From positions 1 through 12,573 of IMG/VR virus record IMGVR_UViG_2737471828_000010: 12,573 nt of DNA. One strand, 5' to 3'. The translations under genes and the position numbers were made by a program. This document shows, piece after piece, positions 9,321-12,573 of the stretch. The notes beneath the pieces were generated by a model that saw nothing but the letters and a program-made list of their open reading frames with translations, was not told the DNA's origin and made no database searches. Origin of the DNA: a virus. Taxonomy: Duplodnaviria; Heunggongvirae; Uroviricota; Caudoviricetes. Position 1 is the first letter of the stretch. Every line of letters begins with the position of its first letter.

Positions 9321-9493
9321 AAAGGTATCCAAGGGAGAAGACACTGCAGTGCAGTATCCCTTATGGTCGGCGGTGATTATATAACCACAGAACGGCGCAT
9401 CAAACAGTTTTACGTACCAGTTGTTAAATTTGTGTATTATATCAAACAAATTGGTAACATGCTGCTGTGTGTAAATGTGATGTTAACATGGTG

Positions 9494-9529
9494 ATATGTG
9501 TTACTGACTGGTATTGCCTGTTCACCTGG
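9494..9529. repeat. ~36 nt repeat, copy 1 of 2 (atatgtgttactgactggtattgcctgttcacctgg)
   Basis: Matches 10569..10609, which carries a short internal insertion (ccacg/accacgt). Both copies are in the ORF-poor AT-rich region. Confidence 0.6.
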
Positions 9530-9564
9530 TCTGTGAAGATATGCAACATGGCCCATGTTGTAGC

Positions 9565-9597
9565 AAAAAAAGCCTGCCATACAGATATATGGCAGGC
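9565..9597 (-). terminator. Leftward intrinsic terminator candidate (H2, paralog of H1)
   Basis: Stem GCCTGCCATA / TATGGCAGGC with loop cagata, preceded on + by seven A's. On the - strand this reads as a GC stem followed by TTTTTTT. Same stem as H1 with a 1-nt loop difference. Confidence 0.6.
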
Positions 9598-9805
9598 AAA
9601 CGTCTGTTACGGGAAAACAAATGAATGTCGGGTATAGTACCCCCTTACTTGACTCCTTCACAATTATGCATCAATAATGAAACATATAAAGCATTTGTAT
9701 TTTCTTATTGCTGGTTTTGTGTATTGCGTCTCAAAACTAAATTATTTTATTACTCTCATAATAAATGAGGTAAATTATATATATAGTTATTTATTCTGTT
9801 TTTAT

Positions 9806-9834
9806 AAAAAGAAGCCCACAGATTACTGTGGGCT
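9806..9834 (-). terminator. Leftward intrinsic terminator candidate (H3)
   Basis: Stem AGCCCACAG / CTGTGGGCT with loop atta, preceded on + by tataaaaagaa (a U-rich tail on the - strand). Confidence 0.55.
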
Positions 9835-10085
9835 AAGCATTAGCATTATTTATATTAGTATAGTTACGGTTGCTGTAAGCATATTAGCTTACGGAAATGT
9901 TGATAACTCTGATGGGAATCACAAAAAAATACCAGTGCTGAAAATGACAGTACTGGTAAAAATATGATGAGTATTTGCAAAAAATACAACCGAATTGCTC
10001 TGTAAGGTTCACTACCTCTTTTATTCTACTATAAATTATAGTACATAGTTCTGTGATACTTATCACGCTGTATATTCATTGGTAT

Positions 10086-10110
10086 AAAAAGGCCCGTATG
10101 GATACGGGCC
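10086..10110 (-). terminator. Leftward intrinsic terminator candidate (H4)
   Basis: Stem GGCCCGTA / TACGGGCC with loop tgga, preceded on + by tataaaaa. Confidence 0.55.
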
Positions 10111-10207
10111 TGGCTTACGGGATAGGCTAACTGAGTAAGTAGGGTTATGGCTTACTCGCCGGCAGTATACCATATAAAACAACGGACAATTCTTTGCGGT
10201 AAATCAT

Positions 10208-10236
10208 AAAAAAAGACCCGTACCGTACGTGCGGGT
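10208..10236 (-). terminator. Leftward intrinsic terminator candidate (H5)
   Basis: Stem ACCCGTAC / GTGCGGGT (one non-Watson-Crick position) with loop cgtac, preceded on + by seven A's. Confidence 0.45.
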
Positions 10237-10354
10237 GTTAATTGCTGGTGAAGCTGTCAGAGGTGCATATTATTATAATAACGCTTGTAGACGTTTGTTA
10301 TTATTTATGCCCTCTATTACTGGTACTGTGATTTCCATCACAAAAATACATTAT

Positions 10355-10382
10355 AAAAAGAAAGCCCGCAGATTATGCGGGC
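10355..10382 (-). terminator. Leftward intrinsic terminator candidate (H6, paralog of H3)
   Basis: Stem GCCCGCA / TGCGGGC with loop gatta, preceded on + by tataaaaagaaa. Differs from H3 by a compensatory base-pair change (A-T in H3, G-C in H6). Confidence 0.55.
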
Positions 10383-10401
10383 AATAGCTTATGCATGAGA
10401 T

Positions 10402-10426
10402 GAACGACTCCGGGTCGTTTATTTTT
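10402..10426 (+). terminator. Weak rightward hairpin with T-run (possible + strand terminator)
   Basis: Stem AACGAC / GTCGTT with loop tccgg, followed by tatttttc. Short, AT-rich stem. Confidence 0.3.
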
Positions 10427-10568
10427 CTTAATAAGAAGGACTACATTTATATTCTACTATGTAAGTATGGTATTGATGATGTGAAGTATATCTCAAATTA
10501 ACGCAATAAGAAAAAGCAACAACCCATTTCTGAATGTGAGAGAACTGCTAATATAGCAATATGTGTTC

Positions 10569-10609
10569 CTGACTGGTACCACGTATTGCCTGTTCCAGGA
10601 GCATATTTG
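10569..10609. repeat. ~36 nt repeat, copy 2 of 2 (atatgtgttcctgactggtaccacgtattgcctgttccagg)
   Basis: Direct repeat of 9494..9529. Confidence 0.6.
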
Positions 10610-10665
10610 CCTGGATTCAGATTGCTCGTAATTCACCACGGCTATAAATCGTAAAGAAAATTGCA

Positions 10666-10718
10666 GCACGCCCTATGCAAGAACGTGCCACGGCTGGCTG
10701 GCAAACTTTCGATAGTGC
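10666..10718. repeat. ~50 nt imperfect direct repeat, left copy (hairpin with loop tatgcaaga ... cgatagtgc), left flank of the peptidase cassette
   Basis: gcacg-ccctatgcaagaa-cgtgc-cacggctggctggcaaactttcgatagtgc aligns with 12269..12321 (first 15 nt tatgcaagaacgtgc identical; roughly 80 percent identity over the remainder). Confidence 0.65.
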
Positions 10719-10998
10719 GAGTATTGAATGATTTCCAGTCGTTATTGATTCTACGCATTAATTTATGAACAAACTACTTATCTGTGGTCTTTCGGTCTGT
10801 AATAGGGGCCCTGTCTGAAATGGAGTTTCAGGATTAAGCGATATCGTACTCACCCTTAGTCCCACCTGATAAATCTGGAGAACGGAAGCACTGCCAGATG
10901 ATGGTGGTGGCTACAATTACTCACACTCAATATTCGGAGCAATCACGTACATCATCACGATGCTAGGAATGCGGAGTTTGATGACTGTCCAGTGATGT

Positions 10999-11029
10999 AA
11001 AAAGAGACCCCGGCGTAGTAGCCGAGGTC
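10999..11029 (-). terminator. Leftward intrinsic terminator candidate for the peptidase gene
   Basis: Stem GACCCCGGC / GCCGAGGTC (one mismatch) with loop gtagta, 22 nt downstream of the - strand stop at 11051..11053. On the - strand it is followed by tctcTTTTT. Confidence 0.5.
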
Positions 11030-11050
11030 CTCAATCAGAAACTACAATAT

Positions 11051-12055
11051 TCACTGAGTGCCTTCATCTGGTTGCTCTGCTGGTAAGGTTCCAGCCTCTT
11101 CTTCAATTTCCGCATGTTTTCCATCGCTTCCCTGGACAGGTTCATCCCTTGGCGGTTCTGCTCTTCCTGAATTTTGGTCAGAGATTTCATCTCCTTCCTG
11201 AATTCTGCTGTTGTCATGGGAATCTTCCTCTGCGTTAGTTGTTTCATATTGTTTTTTAGGAGTTAAATCTTTAATCACCGGTTTGTCGAAGATAGAGATT
11301 TCGCCTGACGAAATCATCTCACCAAGAACTTCGTACAGGTTGGCTGCAAAGTCTGTAGGACTCTCAACATGGTTGAATAGTTCCCTCGCCTCTTTACGGT
11401 CTATCACAAAACCATGGGCTGGATATCCAGCGATCAACTTGCCTAAGGAGCTTTCCTTAAGATTTTTCGAGTGACTATTCAAACGCTCCCCATAGGAAAG
11501 CGCTATGTTCATTGCTCGTTGATGCTCCCCGAGTTTGATGGGGTCTATCTGTGAGGCCATCGGCGATATGATTGCTTCAGTAAGCTTAGCAGCAATATCT
11601 GCAGACATCTTCGTGCTAATTTGGTTTCTGTACTTTATATCAAGTACGTATGATCTAAAGGTCGAAATAGCGCACTCTTTTATTTCATCAATCGCCGTTG
11701 CGATAACAAGGCCCGAGCTCAATTCGCCGATCTCATCATTTTTCTTAAGTTGGATGTCTAGAGGACCAAGCTCACCCATATCACCAATCACGAGCTTATG
11801 AGCGGCGACAGCCATCAAGGTTCCAGCACTTTTGCAAGGGCCAACAACTAGAACGGTGATGTGTTCATAGTTGTGTTGCAAAGCGCGGCCAATTCTATAT
11901 CCTGCGCTGGGATCACCGCCATAGGTAGCGACGCAAAAAAGAACATTTTTTTGTAAACCATGGTTAGTTTTTCTTTCTTTAATCGCTTTGGTGATGTCGT
12001 GATGACCAGAGCGGTGAACATCGCCTATGTATACGTAAACGTCTGTATCTTGCAT
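11051..12055 (-). CDS. Stand-alone ClpP/SppA-fold serine peptidase-like protein (S49/SDH-like) with an acidic low-complexity C-terminal tail
   Basis: 334 aa ORF with ribosome binding site AGGGA 5 nt upstream of the ATG (- strand). N-terminal ~220 aa follows the ClpP-fold pattern: ATYGGDPSAGYRIGRAL echoes the ClpP NSPGGSVTAG segment, and VVGPCKSAGTLMAVAAHK echoes the ClpP/SppA nucleophile segment (GQAASMG type), giving a candidate catalytic Ser in CKSAG. The last ~70 aa are Asp/Glu-rich and low complexity. No His in the position of the ClpP catalytic His, so a Ser-Lys dyad (SppA-like) is possible. Confidence 0.6.
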   Translation of the reverse strand: MQDTDVYVYIGDVHRSGHHDITKAIKERKTNHGLQKNVLFCVATYGGDPSAGYRIGRALQHNYEHITVLVVGPCKSAGTLMAVAAHKLVIGDMGELGPLDIQLKKNDEIGELSSGLVIATAIDEIKECAISTFRSYVLDIKYRNQISTKMSADIAAKLTEAIISPMASQIDPIKLGEHQRAMNIALSYGERLNSHSKNLKESSLGKLIAGYPAHGFVIDRKEARELFNHVESPTDFAANLYEVLGEMISSGEISIFDKPVIKDLTPKKQYETTNAEEDSHDNSRIQEGDEISDQNSGRAEPPRDEPVQGSDGKHAEIEEEAGTLPAEQPDEGTQ

Positions 12056-12268
12056 TTTAATCCCTATGAATAAAATGGTTGAATTTAATGCTGTTCCTCA
12101 GCCAAAGCACTATATCGATAACCAAAATACCTCAGATTTGTCGAGAAAACTATCTGGAAAATTAGGCTAACTCTTTGAATCTTCGGAATGCAAAAGAGAT
12201 ACTTTCTCTGGATGTGCGCCAGGTTGATGTGTAAGTATGGCGGTCAGAATAGTCTCGAAAAACCGCAG

Positions 12269-12321
12269 GCACGTTGTATGCAAGAACGTGCTGTGGTTGG
12301 CAGGTGAACTTCCGATAGTGC
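12269..12321. repeat. ~50 nt imperfect direct repeat, right copy; also a terminator-like hairpin directly downstream of the DinI-like gene
   Basis: gcacgtt-gtatgcaag-aacgtgc then tgtggttggcaggtgaacttccgatagtgc. On the - strand the hairpin is followed by a T-run (complement of aaaaa at 12258..12262). Confidence 0.6.
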
Positions 12322-12324
12322 TCA

Positions 12325-12573
12325 TTAGTGAACAAACCACTCGTCAGCAGACTCCCAGGTATCTTTCAGAGTTTCCTGCACAAAAGTTTTAGCTGAATCT
12401 TTATCGGCTGTGCGCGTAACAGAAAGGCCATCGTTGCTGGTGGCTTTTACGATCACCTCTACATCGTCATAACGCTTACTGATGCGTCGGGTTAATTCTT
12501 CCTTTAACGCATCCACAGCACTGGTTGGCATTTTAGTCATTTTTTCTTTGGCTATGCAGATTTCAATACGCAT
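12325..12573 (-). CDS. dinI: DinI-family protein (DNA damage-inducible protein I-like, prophage-encoded)
   Basis: 82 aa: [37 protein letters not shown]...[15 protein letters not shown]. Start and C-terminal WESAD-WFV motif match E. coli DinI as I recall it (MRIEVTIAK...ETWESADDWFVSE). The start codon is the last three bases of the window, so the promoter is outside it. Confidence 0.85.
   Translation of the reverse strand: MRIEICIAKEKMTKMPTSAVDALKEELTRRISKRYDDVEVIVKATSNDGLSVTRTADKDSAKTFVQETLKDTWESADEWFVH

Noticed and set aside
8808-9449. 213-aa ORF on the - strand spanning the Tfa-like and DUF1353-like genes
   Set aside because: Antisense to two coupled + strand genes and runs through the H1 terminator hairpin; no start context.
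9437-9661. 74-aa - strand ORF in the AT-rich region
   Set aside because: Runs straight through terminator hairpin H2 and the 36-nt repeat; no ribosome binding site. Judged a chance ORF.
9677-9967. 96-aa + strand ORF in the AT-rich region (MKHIKHLYFLIAGFVYCVSKL...)
   Set aside because: Hydrophobic only because the DNA is AT-rich (Ile/Tyr/Phe/Lys codons), has no Shine-Dalgarno, and contains terminator hairpin H3 within it. More likely non-coding. A small membrane peptide cannot be fully excluded.
9884-10066. 60-aa - strand ORF in the AT-rich region
   Set aside because: AT-driven composition, no recognisable start context, no similarity to anything I recognise.
10019-10460. Short shared motif ttattctactat at 10021..10033 and 10447..10460
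   Set aside because: Only 12-13 nt in a very AT-rich background, so chance occurrence is plausible. It may be a -10-like element but I cannot support that.
10735-10995. Possible relic of a second dinI-like 3' end (tgaacaaactact at 10766..10779 resembles the dinI stop region at 12328..12341) or a small - strand gene between the left repeat and the peptidase terminator
   Set aside because: Translating the - strand gives an open frame with no ATG start and no DinI-like residues (ends ...SSLFIN). The similarity is limited to about 13 nt. Possibly an untranslated leader or sRNA, but not supportable as a gene or pseudogene.
11035-11801. Three small ORFs (70, 87, 88 aa) overlapping the peptidase gene in other frames or on the other strand
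   Set aside because: All are nested within the 334-aa - strand gene, which has a good ribosome binding site and coherent ClpP-fold motifs. The overlaps are frame artefacts.
1-12573. Search for integrase, attachment site, tRNA, insertion sequence or transposase
   Set aside because: No tRNA-like sequence, no terminal inverted repeats flanking a transposase-like ORF, and no integrase-like translation found. The window is internal to the prophage.

Overview
This window is the distal tail module of a lambda-like (lambdoid) prophage, followed by an AT-rich cargo region read from the opposite strand. On the + strand, in lambda gene order: the 3' end of the tape measure gene (H, truncated by the window start), then M, L, K, I and the tip/host-specificity gene J, with tight or overlapping junctions typical of a translationally coupled tail operon. 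After a strong terminator comes an Stf-like side tail fiber gene with a 64-residue collagen-like Gly-X-Y tract, a Tfa-like chaperone gene and a small DUF1353-like gene. From about 9290 the composition becomes AT-rich and coding switches to the - strand. A ~1.1 kb stretch with no convincing ORF carries six hairpins that each read as a leftward intrinsic terminator, then a stand-alone ClpP/SppA-fold serine peptidase gene (11051..12055, -) bracketed by an imperfect ~50 nt direct repeat, then a DinI-like gene at the window edge. The candidate new biology is the peptidase moron cassette and the terminator array (a possible prophage small-RNA array). All homology statements come from reading the translations against remembered lambda proteins and motifs; no searches were run.
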